64,000 nt of DNA, taken from positions 342,255 to 406,254 of the forward strand of contig CAVQVD010000010.1 in NCBI GenBank assembly GCA_963717045.1, given 5' to 3'. The translations under genes were made by a program, and so were the position numbers. Each line of letters begins with the position of its first letter. The first letter of the stretch is position 1. Below are positions 27,961 to 40,201 of the stretch, piece by piece. The notes under the pieces were generated by a model. It was not told where the DNA came from and did not search any database. It saw only the letters and a program-made list of their open reading frames with translations. The DNA comes from an uncultured delta proteobacterium (GTDB taxonomy: Bacteria; Desulfobacterota; Binatia; Binatales; Binataceae).

Positions 27961-28801
27961 TGTCGAGCGCAAATGCGACCTCGGCGGTCATTCCCGGCTT
28001 CACCTGTCCGGTCGCCTGTAAAACCCGCACCTTGACGTAGAACGTGCGGATGTCCTGGCGACCGCGGCGAACATCAGTCTCGGTCGCGAATTGTCCCTCC
28101 TGTCCGATCGCCATCACCTGCCCCGGAAAAACCATCGGCGGCCGCGTCGGGAGCGTCACCTGCGCCGGACCGCCAACGCGAATCGCGCCGAGTTCGGTCT
28201 CCTCCATGTCGACGCGTGCCCAGATGGTCGAGAGATCATCGATGGTCAGGATTGGAGTTCCCGGCGTGACCCACTCGCCGACCTGGAGGTTCTTGCTCAC
28301 CACGGTGCCGGAGATTGGAGCGCGGATGACGGTGTCGTTTGCCTGGTCGGTATAGTACTGCACGTTGGCCTGGGCGGCGGTGACCGCGCCGCGGTCGCTG
28401 TCGAGCGCTGCACGCGCGTCGTCGCGATCTTTGGCCGAGATCACGTGCTCGGTATAGAGCTTGTCGTTGCGCGCCATCGTAATTTCAGCGTTGCGCAGCG
28501 CGGCTACGGCGTTTGCGAGATCGCCCCGCGCCTTGGCCAGCTGGTTTTTGATGTCGATGTCCTCGGTGCGGCATACGATCTGGCCGCGTTCGACCGTGTC
28601 GCCCTCGAGCAGATCAAGCTGCACGATACGGCCGGCGATGCGGCTCGTGATGTTCACCTCGGGTGCTTCGATTATGCCGACGGTCTGTATCGTTCTGGTG
28701 TCCGGCGCAGGCCAAAGATACCTACTGCCGACGTAATAGCCGCCGCCCAGCACCAGCGCGACGATCGCAACCTTGATCATTCTGCGGATGATAGTTTTCA
28801 T
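27917..28801 (-). CDS. HlyD-family membrane fusion/secretion protein
   Basis: 294 aa. An N-terminal TM is followed by coiled-coil and beta-barrel regions (VIRAPISGTVV...). Confidence 0.75.
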   Translation of the reverse strand: MKTIIRRMIKVAIVALVLGGGYYVGSRYLWPAPDTRTIQTVGIIEAPEVNITSRIAGRIVQLDLLEGDTVERGQIVCRTEDIDIKNQLAKARGDLANAVAALRNAEITMARNDKLYTEHVISAKDRDDARAALDSDRGAVTAAQANVQYYTDQANDTVIRAPISGTVVSKNLQVGEWVTPGTPILTIDDLSTIWARVDMEETELGAIRVGGPAQVTLPTRPPMVFPGQVMAIGQEGQFATETDVRRGRQDIRTFYVKVRVLQATGQVKPGMTAEVAFALDNGIAISSNTGARDH

Positions 28802-29544
28802 TCGATTGTGCCGGGCCTCGCCCTGGTCGAGCCTGAGGCGCGTGCGCCGTCGCGATTTTCATCCGTCCGCCGGCCACTGCGCGCCCCGTTTCGAGTACGC
28901 GAGGAGCTGCGCAGATCGCGCTCGAGCCGCATCATCAGCTTGTCCAAGAGATCTGCCTTCAGAGTCGACATGCCGTGGCCGATTTCGACCATGCTGGTGC
29001 GAAACGGGCTCGCGCCGCGGCTTTTCATGTCCTCCAGCAGCCGTTCGAGGAACGCCCCCCACGCGCCGGCGAAGCGACGCTCGCGCTCGATATGGTGCAG
29101 GGCGGCCTGAGGATCGTGATGGGCGAAGTAGATTTTCACTTGCGCTTCGTCATAGACGAAAATCGGCTGCGCTGGTTCGCGCAGCGTGCGCAGGAAATGC
29201 TCGCGTCCCTTTGGGGTGATTGCGTAAACTTTGCGCGCGCGGCGGCCATGCCGCTCGGCCCGCATCGTGACCATCGCGTCGTGGGCGAGCTTTTTGAGCG
29301 CGGGGTATAGCGAGCCGTCGCTGGCCCGATAAAAAAAGCCGATCGGATCGCGAAAGCGGCGCTTGATGTCATAGCCGGTCATCTCGGACTCCATCAGGAA
29401 GCCCAGGATGGGAAACTTGATGTCGATGCGAGGGGGCTTTTTGGGCCAGCCGACCTCGGACGGCGCCGCCCAGCGGGAGAAGGATTCCACTCCGACCGGC
29501 CGCTTCCTGGTGCTCGCCGCACCCGTCTTGATGTCCGCTTTCAT
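28798..29544 (-). CDS. PadR family transcriptional regulator (start uncertain)
   Basis: FPILGFLMESEMTGYDIKRRF...DGSLYPALKKL is the PadR winged HTH. It sits directly upstream of the HlyD-ABC-ABC2 genes. Confidence 0.7.
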   Translation of the reverse strand: MKADIKTGAASTRKRPVGVESFSRWAAPSEVGWPKKPPRIDIKFPILGFLMESEMTGYDIKRRFRDPIGFFYRASDGSLYPALKKLAHDAMVTMRAERHGRRARKVYAITPKGREHFLRTLREPAQPIFVYDEAQVKIYFAHHDPQAALHHIERERRFAGAWGAFLERLLEDMKSRGASPFRTSMVEIGHGMSTLKADLLDKLMMRLERDLRSSSRTRNGARSGRRTDENRDGARASGSTRARPGTIE

Positions 29545-29666
29545 CTCAATAACCTATAGCATCACAATACATCGACTCGATATATCGATGCAATATGCAT
29601 CTTTTGAGCGCCGAAATGCCCGTGAATCCAGCCCTCAGTCCTGCCCGCGGCTGCGCGCAGCCGGAA

Positions 29667-29993
29667 TTATCTGCCGTGATAAGTGAAGAACGGCGTCACG
29701 CTGATCGCCGTCAGCTGGCCACTTTTGTCGACGTCGATCCGGATCGCGATGTCTTCGCGGGTGAAACTGAAGCGCGAGCCGACGTTGCGGACTCCCGCGA
29801 GATAAGAGCGCTCATCAGGCAGAAAGCTGTGCTGCCATCCGTGCGCCGTGAGGTACGCGTCGACCTCGCTCGACGGTGTGCCGACTGGAAGGTCGCGCCG
29901 TAGCTGCGCTTCGAGCCGATGTGGGTCGGGTCCGCGGGCGCATCCGGTCACTCCGATCACGAGCGCCAGCAGCGCTGCGGAGGTTCGTCTCAA
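29667..29993 (-). CDS. lipoprotein, hypothetical
   Basis: Signal peptide with lipobox (LVIGVTGCA). Confidence 0.45.
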   Translation of the reverse strand: MRRTSAALLALVIGVTGCARGPDPHRLEAQLRRDLPVGTPSSEVDAYLTAHGWQHSFLPDERSYLAGVRNVGSRFSFTREDIAIRIDVDKSGQLTAISVTPFFTYHGR

Positions 29994-30040
29994 TCACGCC
30001 TCGTCGTGACTGCGGCGCGTCCGCGGCGCACCTGAGCGCG

Positions 30041-32878
30041 TTACGCGGCCGCGCGATGGCCCAGCGCCTGGCGCAAAAACTGGCCGGTGTAGGAGTTCGC
30101 CGCGGCCGCGATTTCCTCGGGCGTACCCTTGGCCACGATTTGGCCGCCACGGTCTCCGCCTTCGGGTCCGAGGTCGATGACGTAGTCGGCGGTCTTGATC
30201 ACGTCGAGGTTGTGCTCGATCACGATAATGGTATTGCCGGCGTCGGCGAGCCGCCCCAGCACCTCGAGCAGCCGCTTGATGTCGTCGAAGTGAAGACCGG
30301 TGGTGGGTTCGTCTAGGATATAGAGCGTGCGGCCGGTGGCGCGGCGCGCGAGTTCCTTGGCGAGCTTGATGCGTTGCGCTTCGCCGCCCGAGAGGGTGGT
30401 CGCCGACTGCCCGAGATGTATGTAGTCGAGCCCGACGTCACGCAGGGTTTCGAGCTTCTGGCGGATCGGCGGCACCGCGCCCATAAAATCGACCGCGTCG
30501 AGCACGGTCAGGTCCAGCACCTCGGCGATGCTCTTCCCCTTGTACTGGATCTCGAGGGTGTCGCGGTTGTAGCGCTTGCCACCGCAGACTTCGCAGGTCA
30601 CATAGACGTCGGGCAGGAAGTGCATCTCGATCCGGATGATGCCGTCGCCCTGGCAGGCCTCGCAGCGTCCGCCCTTGACGTTGAATGAAAACCGTCCCGG
30701 CCCGTAACCGCGCATCCGCGCCTCGGGAAGCTGCGCGAAGAGCTCGCGGATATGGGTGAAAAGCCCGGTATAAGTTGCGGGGTTGGAGCGCGGCGTGCGC
30801 CCGATCGGACTTTGATCGACGTGAATCACCTTGTCCAGATGCTCCACGCCCTCGATGCTCTTGTGCACGCCGGCACGCTCGCGCGAGCGGTTGAGCTTTT
30901 GCGCCAGCGCCCGATAAAGGGTGTCGAGGACCAGCGACGATTTGCCCGACCCGGACACGCCGGTGATGCAGACGAACACACCCAGCGGAAAGCCCACGGT
31001 CAGGTCGCGCAGATTGTTCTCGCGCGCGCCCTTGACGGTGAGCCAGCGGCCCGACAGCTGGCGGCGGCGATTCGGCGTCGCTATGTCGACTTCCCCGGCC
31101 AGATAGCGGCCGGTCAGTGAGGCCGGGTTGCGCATCACCTGGTCGGGCGTGCCTTGCGCGACCAGGTGCCCGCCATGCACGCCGGCGCCGGGTCCCATGT
31201 CGATGAGATGGTCGGCCTCCAGCATCGTGTCGCGGTCGTGCTCGACCACCAGCACGGTATTGCCGAGGTCGCGCAGGCGCTTAAGCGTCGCGAGCAGGCG
31301 CTGGTTGTCGCGCTGATGCAAGCCAATCGAGGGTTCGTCGAGAATGTACAGCACGCCGACCAGGCTCGAGCCGATTTGCGTGGCGAGCCGGATGCGCTGG
31401 CCCTCGCCGCCCGAGAGGCTGGCTGAGACGCGGTCGAGCGTCAGGTAGTCCAGCCCGACGTCGGCGAGGAATCCGAGCCGCTCGCGGATCTCCTTGAGGA
31501 TGAGTCGCCCAATCTCTTCCTCCTGACGGCTCAGCTTGGGTGCAGCGAAAAAGGCGACCGCCTGCTTGACCGACATCGCGGAGACCTCGGAAATCGACTT
31601 GCCGTTGAAGCGGACGTAGAGGCTCTCCTTCTTTAGCCGCGCGCCGTTGCACTCCGGGCACGGCCTCATATTCATGTACGATTCCAGCATCTCGCGGATG
31701 CTCTGGGAGTCGGTCTCCTTGTAGCGCCGATCGAGCCAGGTCAATACGCCTTCGAACGCGCGCTCGTAGCCGCGGCGATGCTCGCCGCGCTGGTAGGTGA
31801 ACGCGATTTCCTCGTCGCCTGAGCCATCAAGGATCGCGCGGCGCACCTTCTCCGGAATGTTCTTCCAAGGAGTGTCGAGGCTGAACTTGTAGTGTGCCGC
31901 CAGCGCTTCGAGCACCGGCTGCATGTAGTTCATGGTGGCCCACGGCGAGATCGCGCCATCGGCGATGCTCAGGTCTTCGTTCTGCACCACCAGTTCGGGA
32001 TCGAAATACATGATCGAGCCGATGCCCGAGCAGGCGGCGCATGCGCCGTGCGGACTGTTGAACGAAAACATCCGCAGCGTGATCTCAGGATACGAGATGC
32101 CACACTCGACGCAGGCGAAGCGCTGGCTGAAATAGACCTCGCCCGCCTCCTTGCCGTCGAGCCGCTCGATCTTGAGCAGGTCGTGACCGTACTTGAAGGC
32201 GACCTCGAGCGAATCGCTCAGACGCTTCTCGATCCCGCGGCGGATCGCCAACCGGTCGACGATCACCTCGATAGTGTGGCGCTGGTTATTGTTGAGCGCG
32301 ATCTCCTCGCCCAGTTCGCGCACCGCGCCGTCAACCTTGACCCGCACGAAGCCGGCGCGGCGCAGATCGCTCAGCTCCTTGCGATACTCGCCCTTGCGAT
32401 CGCGCACGATCGGCGCGAGCACGTGGATCCGCGTGCCTTCGGGCCACGCCATGACGCGATCGACGATCTGCTGCACGCTCTGCTGCGTAATCTCGCGCCC
32501 GCAGTTATGGCAGAACGCATGGCCGACGCGGGCGAACAACAAACGCAGGTAGTCGTAAATCTCGGTGATAGTGGCGACAGTCGAACGCGGGTTGCGCGAG
32601 GTGGTCTTCTGCTCGATCGAGATCGCCGGCGACAGTCCCTCGATCGAATCGACGTCCGGCTTCTCCATCTGCTCCAGGAACTGCCGCGCGTAGGCCGATA
32701 GCGATTCGACGTAGCGGCGCTGACCCTCGGCGTAAATCGTGTCGAAGGCGAGCGAGGACTTGCCGGAACCCGAAAGGCCGGTGATGACGACCAGACGATC
32801 GCGCGGAATCTCAAGGTCGATATTCTTGAGATTGTGCTCGCGCGCGCCCTTGATAACTATTCGATCAGCCATTGCCAA
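30041..32878 (-). CDS. uvrA: excinuclease ABC subunit A
   Basis: 945 aa. Two ABC modules and zinc fingers are present, and the N-terminus reads [54 protein letters not shown]. Confidence 0.95.
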   Translation of the reverse strand: MAMADRIVIKGAREHNLKNIDLEIPRDRLVVITGLSGSGKSSLAFDTIYAEGQRRYVESLSAYARQFLEQMEKPDVDSIEGLSPAISIEQKTTSRNPRSTVATITEIYDYLRLLFARVGHAFCHNCGREITQQSVQQIVDRVMAWPEGTRIHVLAPIVRDRKGEYRKELSDLRRAGFVRVKVDGAVRELGEEIALNNNQRHTIEVIVDRLAIRRGIEKRLSDSLEVAFKYGHDLLKIERLDGKEAGEVYFSQRFACVECGISYPEITLRMFSFNSPHGACAACSGIGSIMYFDPELVVQNEDLSIADGAISPWATMNYMQPVLEALAAHYKFSLDTPWKNIPEKVRRAILDGSGDEEIAFTYQRGEHRRGYERAFEGVLTWLDRRYKETDSQSIREMLESYMNMRPCPECNGARLKKESLYVRFNGKSISEVSAMSVKQAVAFFAAPKLSRQEEEIGRLILKEIRERLGFLADVGLDYLTLDRVSASLSGGEGQRIRLATQIGSSLVGVLYILDEPSIGLHQRDNQRLLATLKRLRDLGNTVLVVEHDRDTMLEADHLIDMGPGAGVHGGHLVAQGTPDQVMRNPASLTGRYLAGEVDIATPNRRRQLSGRWLTVKGARENNLRDLTVGFPLGVFVCITGVSGSGKSSLVLDTLYRALAQKLNRSRERAGVHKSIEGVEHLDKVIHVDQSPIGRTPRSNPATYTGLFTHIRELFAQLPEARMRGYGPGRFSFNVKGGRCEACQGDGIIRIEMHFLPDVYVTCEVCGGKRYNRDTLEIQYKGKSIAEVLDLTVLDAVDFMGAVPPIRQKLETLRDVGLDYIHLGQSATTLSGGEAQRIKLAKELARRATGRTLYILDEPTTGLHFDDIKRLLEVLGRLADAGNTIIVIEHNLDVIKTADYVIDLGPEGGDRGGQIVAKGTPEEIAAAANSYTGQFLRQALGHRAAA

Positions 32879-32918
32879 TCTGCGATTTTGCCCAAACCTC
32901 GCGCCCGGCGGTTGCGGT

Positions 32919-34025
32919 TCAGCCTTTGCGCGGCCGCCTTGCCGCTGGCGCGTCGCCGCGCCTCAGGCGTGAGCCGCCGTCCATTGCTCGCGCCGATTGA
33001 CCCCGCACCGTTTGTCCCCGCACCGCGCGCCATGCGTATTCCATTGCCGCCAGCATACTCTCGCCGTTCGCCACGCCGCCTCCCGCTATATCATACGCGG
33101 TGCCGTGGTCGGGCGAGGTGCGCACGAACGGCAATCCCAGGGTGACGTTCACCGCGCGCTCGAACTCCAAGGTCTTGAGCGCGATCAATCCCTGATCATG
33201 ATACATCGCAACCGCCGCGTCGAAGGCGAACTTTCCCGCCGGCCTGACGAACGCGGTGTCAGGCGCGAGCGGTCCACGGGCGTCGATGCCGGCGCGCCGC
33301 GCGCGGCGGATCGCCGGGACGATCACGCGCGCCTCTTCGTCGCCGAAGAGGCCGTGCTCGCCCGCGTGCGGATTGAATCCCAGTACGCCGACGATCGGCC
33401 GGTTCATCCCCAGGCGTTCGCTCAAATGCCGCGCGAGTAGGCGAATCGTGTCGAAAACGCCTTGGCTGCTGAGCGCGCGCGAGACGCGCGCGAGTCCCAT
33501 ATGGACCGTCACCAGCGCGAGCCGCAATTCGTCGCCTGCGAACATCATCCGCCACAGCCGCGCCTGGCCCAGTTCGGCGAGCAATTCGGAGTGGCCGGGA
33601 AAGCGATGGCCCGCGCGGTTGAGCCATTCCTTGTTGATTGGCGCGGTCACCAATGCGTCGGCTTCTCCCGCCATCGCCATCCGCGCCCCTTCCACTATAT
33701 AGCGATAGGCCGCGTCGGCGCCTTCGACGCTCGGCGCTCCAGGCCGCAGCGCGGACGCGCCGAGCTGGCCGAGTTCAAGCACCGCCAACCCGTCCGCCGG
33801 ACGTACCGGTGGGTCGCCGGGACGCCATGGCCGCGGCGCAGGCACGCTGCCGAGACGGCGCGCCGCCGCGCGCATCGCGCCGGCGTCGCCGATCACTACC
33901 AACGCAGGCGCGCCGCGCTGCGAAGCCATCGCGGCAGCCGCCTTCAGGATGACCTCGGGGCCGACGCCGGCCGGATCGCCCATGCTTACCGCCAGAAGTG
34001 TTGGCTCGCCGCGCCGCGATGGCAT
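32919..34025 (-). CDS. pdxA: 4-hydroxythreonine-4-phosphate dehydrogenase
   Basis: [16 protein letters not shown]...GPLAPDT...[17 protein letters not shown] is the PdxA signature. It follows surA, as in the conserved surA-pdxA synteny. Confidence 0.85.
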   Translation of the reverse strand: MPSRRGEPTLLAVSMGDPAGVGPEVILKAAAAMASQRGAPALVVIGDAGAMRAAARRLGSVPAPRPWRPGDPPVRPADGLAVLELGQLGASALRPGAPSVEGADAAYRYIVEGARMAMAGEADALVTAPINKEWLNRAGHRFPGHSELLAELGQARLWRMMFAGDELRLALVTVHMGLARVSRALSSQGVFDTIRLLARHLSERLGMNRPIVGVLGFNPHAGEHGLFGDEEARVIVPAIRRARRAGIDARGPLAPDTAFVRPAGKFAFDAAVAMYHDQGLIALKTLEFERAVNVTLGLPFVRTSPDHGTAYDIAGGGVANGESMLAAMEYAWRAVRGQTVRGQSARAMDGGSRLRRGDAPAARRPRKG

Positions 34026-34036
34026 CCGCCGGGTCA

Positions 34037-35027
34037 CTAGTTGAAGGTTTCGATGTAATGCTGCTTGACGAGGTCGTTGTTGACCCACGTGCCGAACTGT
34101 TGCTGAGCTTTCTGACTCACCAGCTTTTCCTGAATCTGACCCGACACCTCGGCGAATGGTTTGACGCCCGCCTGATCGTGCGCTTCGAGCTTGACGAGGT
34201 GGAAGCCGTGGTCGGTGCGTATCGGTTCGGAAATATCGCCCACTTTCATGTGGTCGATCGCATTCTGAATGGGGTCGATCATGTCGCCGCGCGAAAAGTC
34301 GCCCAACTCGCCGCCCTGGGCCTTGGAGTCGTCGTCGGAATACTGGCGCGCCAGCTTGCCGAAGTCGGCGCCATCGAGCAGTTGCTTCCGGATGCTCTCG
34401 GCCTTGACCCGCGCCGCCTCGACCTGGGTCGGCGAGGCGCTGGGGGGCACCGCGATCAGGATCTGCGCGAGTTTGAAGCTTTCCTTACCGACGCTGAACT
34501 CCTGCGGATGCGCGTCGTAGTAGGCTTTGACCTCGTCGGGCGAGATGTTGACCTTCTGGCGCACTTCCTTCTGGATCATAATCATCTTTTGCAGTTCCAG
34601 CCGGGCGTGCCTGCGGAACTCCTCGTAGGTATGGCCCTGGCTCTGGAGTTGCGCGCGGAGCTGCTGATCGGTGATCCCGTTGCTCTGCTCGAAGTTGGCG
34701 ACGTATTCGTCGATCTGCCGTTCTTCAACCTGGTCCTTGTACTTCTTGACCTCGCTCTCCAGCAGCCGCTCCGAGATCACTCCTTTGAGCACTGCCTTGG
34801 TCTCGGGCGAATTCAGATCGCTCGCGTCGGGCATGCGGGGTATGGTTGACCGCGGCAAAGGTTTTAAGGTCGTGAACGGTGATCGGGTCGCCGTCAACGC
34901 TGGCCACCACCCGGTCGAGGTCATCCTGCGCGTGCGCGGCGCGGGCCACCGCCAATGGCACGGCCGCGAGGCACGCAACGACCAGCGCCGCGACGCCCAG
35001 GCGCAACCGGAAATGCTTGTGGCTCAT
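34037..35027 (-). pseudogene. surA: periplasmic chaperone/PPIase SurA, reading frame interrupted near 34815-34840
   Basis: The signal peptide and N-domain (MSHKHFRLRLGVAALVVACLAAVPLAVARAAHAQDDLDRVVASVDGDPITVHDLKTF) are in one frame. The rest of the protein, including the parvulin domain, is in another frame. The switch is at cataccccgcatgcc. Confidence 0.6.
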
Positions 35028-35030
35028 GGT

Positions 35031-38000
35031 CTAACTGGCGAGCGACCCGGCTGGGCGGCTCGGCTCGGACTCCAACTTTTCACAGGCCGCCAGGGCCTGC
35101 AAGACGCCGTCGAGTTGCTCGAACAACAGTTCGTAGTTGTTGCCCGAGTCGCTCGCGCCGGTTTCGATTCGCACCACCACCTGGAACGATGGAGTGAGGC
35201 GCATGCGGCGGCGGTTGGCCTCGATCAGTGCGGTCAGCCGGGCAGTGTCCAGTGGCGCGTCCTGATGAAACTTCACTTCCAGCTGGTCGCCCTTGAGGAT
35301 CGCGCTCAGCATCATCATTTCGCGCATCCGGCGGCGCAGATCCATCGCGGCCAGCAGGTTGTCGACCAGCGTCGGCGGCGGCCCGAAGCGATCGCGCATC
35401 TCCTCGCGCAGCGCGTCGAGGTCGGCCCGTGAGGCCGCCCGCGCCATCCGCCGGTACAGCACCAGCCGCTCGCCCTCGTCGGGCACGAAGCTGTCGGGGA
35501 CGTAGGCCGGGATGCCGAGCCGGAGTTCGGGCTCGAAGTCGGGACGCAGCGGCTCGCCGCGCAGCTCGTGGATCGCCTGCTCCATCATTTCCGTGTACAG
35601 CTCGAAGCCGACCGCCGTTATCTGGCCCGACTGCTCGCGCCCGAGCAGGTTACCGGCGCCGCGATGCTCGAGGTCGCGAATTGCGAGTTTGAAGCCGCCG
35701 CCGCTTTCAGTCTCGACCAACTCGCGCAGGGCGTCGATGCGCTTCTTGGCGTCGCGCGTGATGATGTGCTCGCCCGGGATCAGCAGATAGGCGTAGGCCT
35801 TCTGGCGCGAGCGTCCGACCCGGCCGCGCAGCTGGTAGAGCTGGGCCAGGCCGAAATGATCGGCACGGTTGATGATCATGCGTGTTGGCGTTGGGAATGT
35901 CGAGTCCCGACTCGATGATCGCCGAGCACACCAGCAGGTTGACGCGGTTCTCGATGAACTCGCGCATCACGTTCTCGAGCTGGCGCTCCTTCATCTGGCC
36001 ATGCGCGACGGCGACTTTCGCCTCGGGCACGATCGCGCGCAGATGGCGTGCGACGTAGTCGATGTTCTCGACGCGGTTGTGCACGAAAAACACCTGCCCC
36101 GAGCGGTTGAGCTCGCGCATGATGACTTCGCGCAGCAGGCCGTCGTCGAAATGCGCGACGAAGGTGCGGATCGCCTGGCGATCCGGCGGCGGCGTCTGGA
36201 TCACGCTCAGGTCGCGGATCCCGAGCATCGCCATGTGCAGCGTCCGCGGAATCGGGGTCGCGGTCAGGGTCAGTACCTCGACCAGCTTGCGTAGCCGCTT
36301 CATGCGCTCCTTGTCGGCCACCCCGAAGCGATGCTCCTCGTCGATGATCAGCAGGCCGAGCCGCGGAAATTCGACGTCGTCCTGGAGCAGGCGATGAGTC
36401 CCGACCACTATATCGACCTTGCCGCGGCGCACGTCCTCGATCACCGCCTTGTTCTCGCGCGGGTTGCGAAAGCGCGAGACCATCTCGATCCGTACCGGAT
36501 AGCCCTCGAAGCGCTTGCGCATCGTGTTCCAGTGCTGCTCGGCGAGCACCGTGGTCGGCACCAGCATCGCCACCTGCCGCCCGTCCATCACCGCGATGAA
36601 TGCGGCGCGCAGCGCCACTTCGGTCTTGCCGAAGCCGGCGTCGCCGCAAATCAGCCGGTCCATCGGTTTGGGCCGGCACATGTCGCGCACGACCTCGTCG
36701 ATCGCGGCGAGCTGGTCGGGAGTCTCCTCGAATTCGAAGCCCTCGGCGAATTCTGCATAATCAGCGCCCGGATGGGCGAAGGCGTGGCCCTCCATCACCT
36801 CGCGCGCGGCATAGATGTCGAGCAGCTCGGAGGCCATCGCGAGTACCGCCTCTTTGGTGCGCCGCTTGACCCTGTCCCATGAGCCGCTGCCGAGCTTGTC
36901 GAGCTTGGGTTCCTGGCCGTCGCCGCCAATGTAGCGCTGGACCAGGTTGATCCGCTCGACCGGCACATACATCGCGTCGCTGCCCGCGTACTCCAGCGCA
37001 AGGAAGTCGCCCTCGGTGCCGGCGACCTTCATGTGGCGCAGTCCCCGGTAGCGCCCGATGCCGTGATCGATATGCACCACCACATCGTCGGGCTTCAGCT
37101 CCTCGAGATTGAGCAAAGCGCCTTTGGAAACCGGCCGCGAGCGCCGCCGAGCGCGCGGCTCGCCAAAGATGTCTTCCTCGCTGTAAACGTAGAGCCCGTC
37201 GGCCTGCAGCACCACGCCGGAAGAGACCTCGCCCTCCATGATCGCTGGCCGAAAGTCGGGTGCCTCCATCAGCGCGCCGAAGCTCTTGCATTCGGTGTTG
37301 ATCGAGGATCGTAGGCCTCCAGATGGCGGCGCAGGCGCGCGGCCTGGCTCGCTCCCTCGACCACCATCAGCGCGCGGCCCTGTCCGCGTTGCACTTCGCG
37401 CAGTTCGGTAGCGAGAGGCTCGAAAGTAGGCGGTGTGCGCGGCCCGGTGAGCGTACTGGCCCCAAGCTTGAGGCTCGGCTGAGACTTTACCTCGATCGGT
37501 GGCGCCCATCCTTCGCGCGGTGCGGTCACGGTGACCAGCGAGCCGACTTCGACTGCGGTCATCGCGCCCAGCGCGTCTTCGAATTCCTCGGCGCCGAGGT
37601 AGAGCGATTCTGGTGGCGGATAGAATGAGGGCTTGCTCTGCGCGGTCTCGGCTTCGGCGGCAGTTTGCTCGGCAACCCTGAGCGCTTCGGCGAGCACGCG
37701 TCCCGGCTCGACTATCCAGACCACCGTGTCGGCGGGCAGATAGCTGAAGACTGTGTCGAGAGGGCGACCGAACAGCAGCGGAGTCAGCAGCTCGGCGCCC
37801 GGAAACAAAAGCCCGTTGGTCAGCGAATCGCTCAGCTCCACCAGTTCCTTGCGCACCAGGCCGATCTCGCTCGCGCGCACCGCAACACGCTCGCGCACCT
37901 TGTCGTCCTTGAGCGCCAGCGGGGGCACCAGGCGCGTGCGGATCACGATCGCCTCGCGCACCTCGCCGAGTGAACGCTGAGAGGCGGGATCGAACTGGCG

Positions 38001-38624
38001 TACCGAGGTGACGATGTCCTCCTCCAGCTCGATCCGCATCGGGTTGTGGTACAGCGGCGAGAAGATGTCGATAATTCCGCCGCGCACGCTGAAATCACCA
38101 GGCTCCTCGGTCTGCGGCACCCGCTGATAGCCGGCCGCGCCGAGCGCGTCGATCAGCGCGTCAAGATCGAGCGTATCGGCGGCGGCGATTCGCATCACCG
38201 AAGATTCGAACACCGGCCGTGGCAGCGTCCGCATCAGCAGTGCCTCCGCCGAGGCGACGAGCAACGGCGCTTCGCCGCGCAGCGCCGCGTACAGAGCCGC
38301 AAGCTGTGCGGCCTGCGTATGCGGCGGCGGCGAAAGATGGGCGAATGGCTTCAGCTCCCAGGCGGGCAGCAGATGCACGCGGCGGGCGAGCGAATCGCGC
38401 TCGGGCGGCTCGTCGAGAAAAAACCCGACCTCGCCGGCCAGGGCTTCAGCTTCGCGCGCGAGCGGTGTCACCACCAGTATTGGGCGCGAAAGGCTGAGCG
38501 CGGCCTCGCGCAGCATGAGCGCTCCCGCCGCGCCCTTAAGCCCCATCAGCGGAAAGCGGCGCGCGCCGCCGCTGTCCAGGCGCGCCCTAAGCTCGCTCGC
38601 CGCCTCTTTCAGACTCCGTTCCAA
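35031..38624 (-). pseudogene. mfd: transcription-repair coupling factor Mfd, split into three frames (shifts near 37300 and 35880)
   Basis: Three ORFs cover the N-terminal UvrB-homology region (451 aa), the RecG-like helicase core (600 aa, ...GLDIPNANT) and the C-terminal domains (282 aa, MIINRADHFGLAQLYQLRGRVGRS). Together they are collinear with an Mfd of about 1150 aa. Confidence 0.75.
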
Positions 38625-38776
38625 ATCGACCTTCGATCGCTACGATCGTTCCTCGCTCAGCTCCCGAGACGGATCGCTAATTGACGACCACATCAAGGGA
38701 TCAAATCAAAAGTAATAATCCGATCGATAATAGCAAAAGTGGGGGCGCCGATCGCGCACGTATTGGTCGCGCGCGC

Positions 38777-39487
38777 TTACCGGCTGGCGTTCGTGGTCTT
38801 GGGAAAGCCCAGCGTAACCGGCAACTTGACTGACTTGTATGATCCGCCGCGCTGCTGGCGCAGCACGGTCAGATAGACGATGTCGCCAGGATGGAGCCGG
38901 GCGAGATGGTCGGGCAGGTCCGAGTCGCTAGTCACGCGATGGTCGTCGATCGCGACAATCAAATCGCCGTCTTCGCCCAGTTGGCCCGACTTGGCAAGCA
39001 GGGGCCGCATTGCCGCATCGAGCGGGCCGAGCAACTCGCCCACAGTCGCGCCGCTCGCCCCAATCGTGGACATCGGCGAGCGCGGCTTGAGTCCGGCGCG
39101 CGAGGCCGGGCTGTCCGTATCGACGTCCATCACCTCGAGTCCCGCGACTTTCTGCCCGTCGCGGATTGAGACCGTATACAAGACCGAGATGCCGAGATAG
39201 GGGCGCGGCCCTTTGTTCTCAGGGGCCGGCAAATCCGCAGGCAACGGAGCATTGTCCGAACCAAGGTCCGGTTCCGGCGCACTTTGCTCAGGAGGAATTT
39301 GCTCGGGCGCGGCGGGCTTTTCGGCGGTCGGCTTTGGCGCCGACGGCGCGGTTGGCGGGATCACCAACGTCTGGTCACCTCCGGCCGGGATGCTTTTCGT
39401 GGAGCTCTGTGTTTGGGCAGCCGCCGGCGGCGCTTGTAACAGCGCTACCGCAAGCGCGCAATAAAAAATGAGCCGAAAGAGGTTCAT
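38777..39487 (-). CDS. secreted PDZ-domain protein with Pro/Ala-rich linker
   Basis: A signal peptide is followed by a low-complexity PAPEQIPPEQSAPEP linker and a PDZ-like region (GLEVMDVDTDSPASRAGLK...GDLIVAIDD). Confidence 0.55.
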   Translation of the reverse strand: MNLFRLIFYCALAVALLQAPPAAAQTQSSTKSIPAGGDQTLVIPPTAPSAPKPTAEKPAAPEQIPPEQSAPEPDLGSDNAPLPADLPAPENKGPRPYLGISVLYTVSIRDGQKVAGLEVMDVDTDSPASRAGLKPRSPMSTIGASGATVGELLGPLDAAMRPLLAKSGQLGEDGDLIVAIDDHRVTSDSDLPDHLARLHPGDIVYLTVLRQQRGGSYKSVKLPVTLGFPKTTNASR

Positions 39488-39623
39488 GGTCGCAGATAAT
39501 CAATGGCGATAAGCGTTGCCGGAAGTAGGACCGAGCGGTCCGCAGTGACGATAGAAGTCTTGGATCGCCCTCAAGCGGTAATTGCGAAAGTGCTGGATTG
39601 AGGGCTTCGCACGGTCGCGGCAG

Positions 39624-39995
39624 TTACAAGTCGTCGGTGCCGCCGCCGCTATCGTCGCCTCCATCATCATCCAGGTCGCCGCCGCGCTCGAGTTGATCCA
39701 CCGCCTCGTCGAACTCCGGGCCGCCCATCTCGTCGCCCATCTCCTTGCCCATCCGTCTGAGTGCGCGCGCGACGCTCCTCGGATCATTTTCATCGACGTC
39801 GGAGAAACCCGAGGGATCCGAGAGCGCATCCATCCGCGACTCCTCGCTGCGCGGCGTGGCGAAACGCGACATCAGCCGGCGCATCCTCACACTCCCGCAA
39901 TGCTGGCATACGGCCTCGACCTGCTCGCTCACGCGCATCGTAAGTATGCTAGTACGCTTGCGGCACTTCTCGCATTGATATTCGTAGATCGGCAT
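39624..39995 (-). CDS. FmdB-family zinc-ribbon protein with acidic C-terminal tail
   Basis: MPIYEYQCEKCRKRT...CQHCGS is the CxxC-CxxC FmdB motif. The C-terminus is Asp/Gly-rich. Confidence 0.7.
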   Translation of the reverse strand: MPIYEYQCEKCRKRTSILTMRVSEQVEAVCQHCGSVRMRRLMSRFATPRSEESRMDALSDPSGFSDVDENDPRSVARALRRMGKEMGDEMGGPEFDEAVDQLERGGDLDDDGGDDSGGGTDDL

Positions 39996-40201
39996 TCCCA
40001 AACAACTCCCCGGAGTATGCCTCGATTTTCCGTGCTGCACGAGTCTGCGGCAAGAGCGCAAGCAGGCCTCAGCGGCACTCCGATAGAACTGCCCGAGCCT
40101 GTTCGAGTCGGTTGTCCGGAGGACCTGCTTGATCCGTCGATCGGCGGCAGGATACTGCTTCAGCGTCGAGCGATGGAGCAAAGCGGCACAGACGGTGCGC
40201 G

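Noticed and set aside
39996-40201. Searched for a preQ1 or other riboswitch upstream of the ECF S-component gene
   Set aside because: No preQ1-I/II consensus or other recognisable riboswitch core is seen by eye. The region is a divergent promoter shared with the FmdB-like gene.
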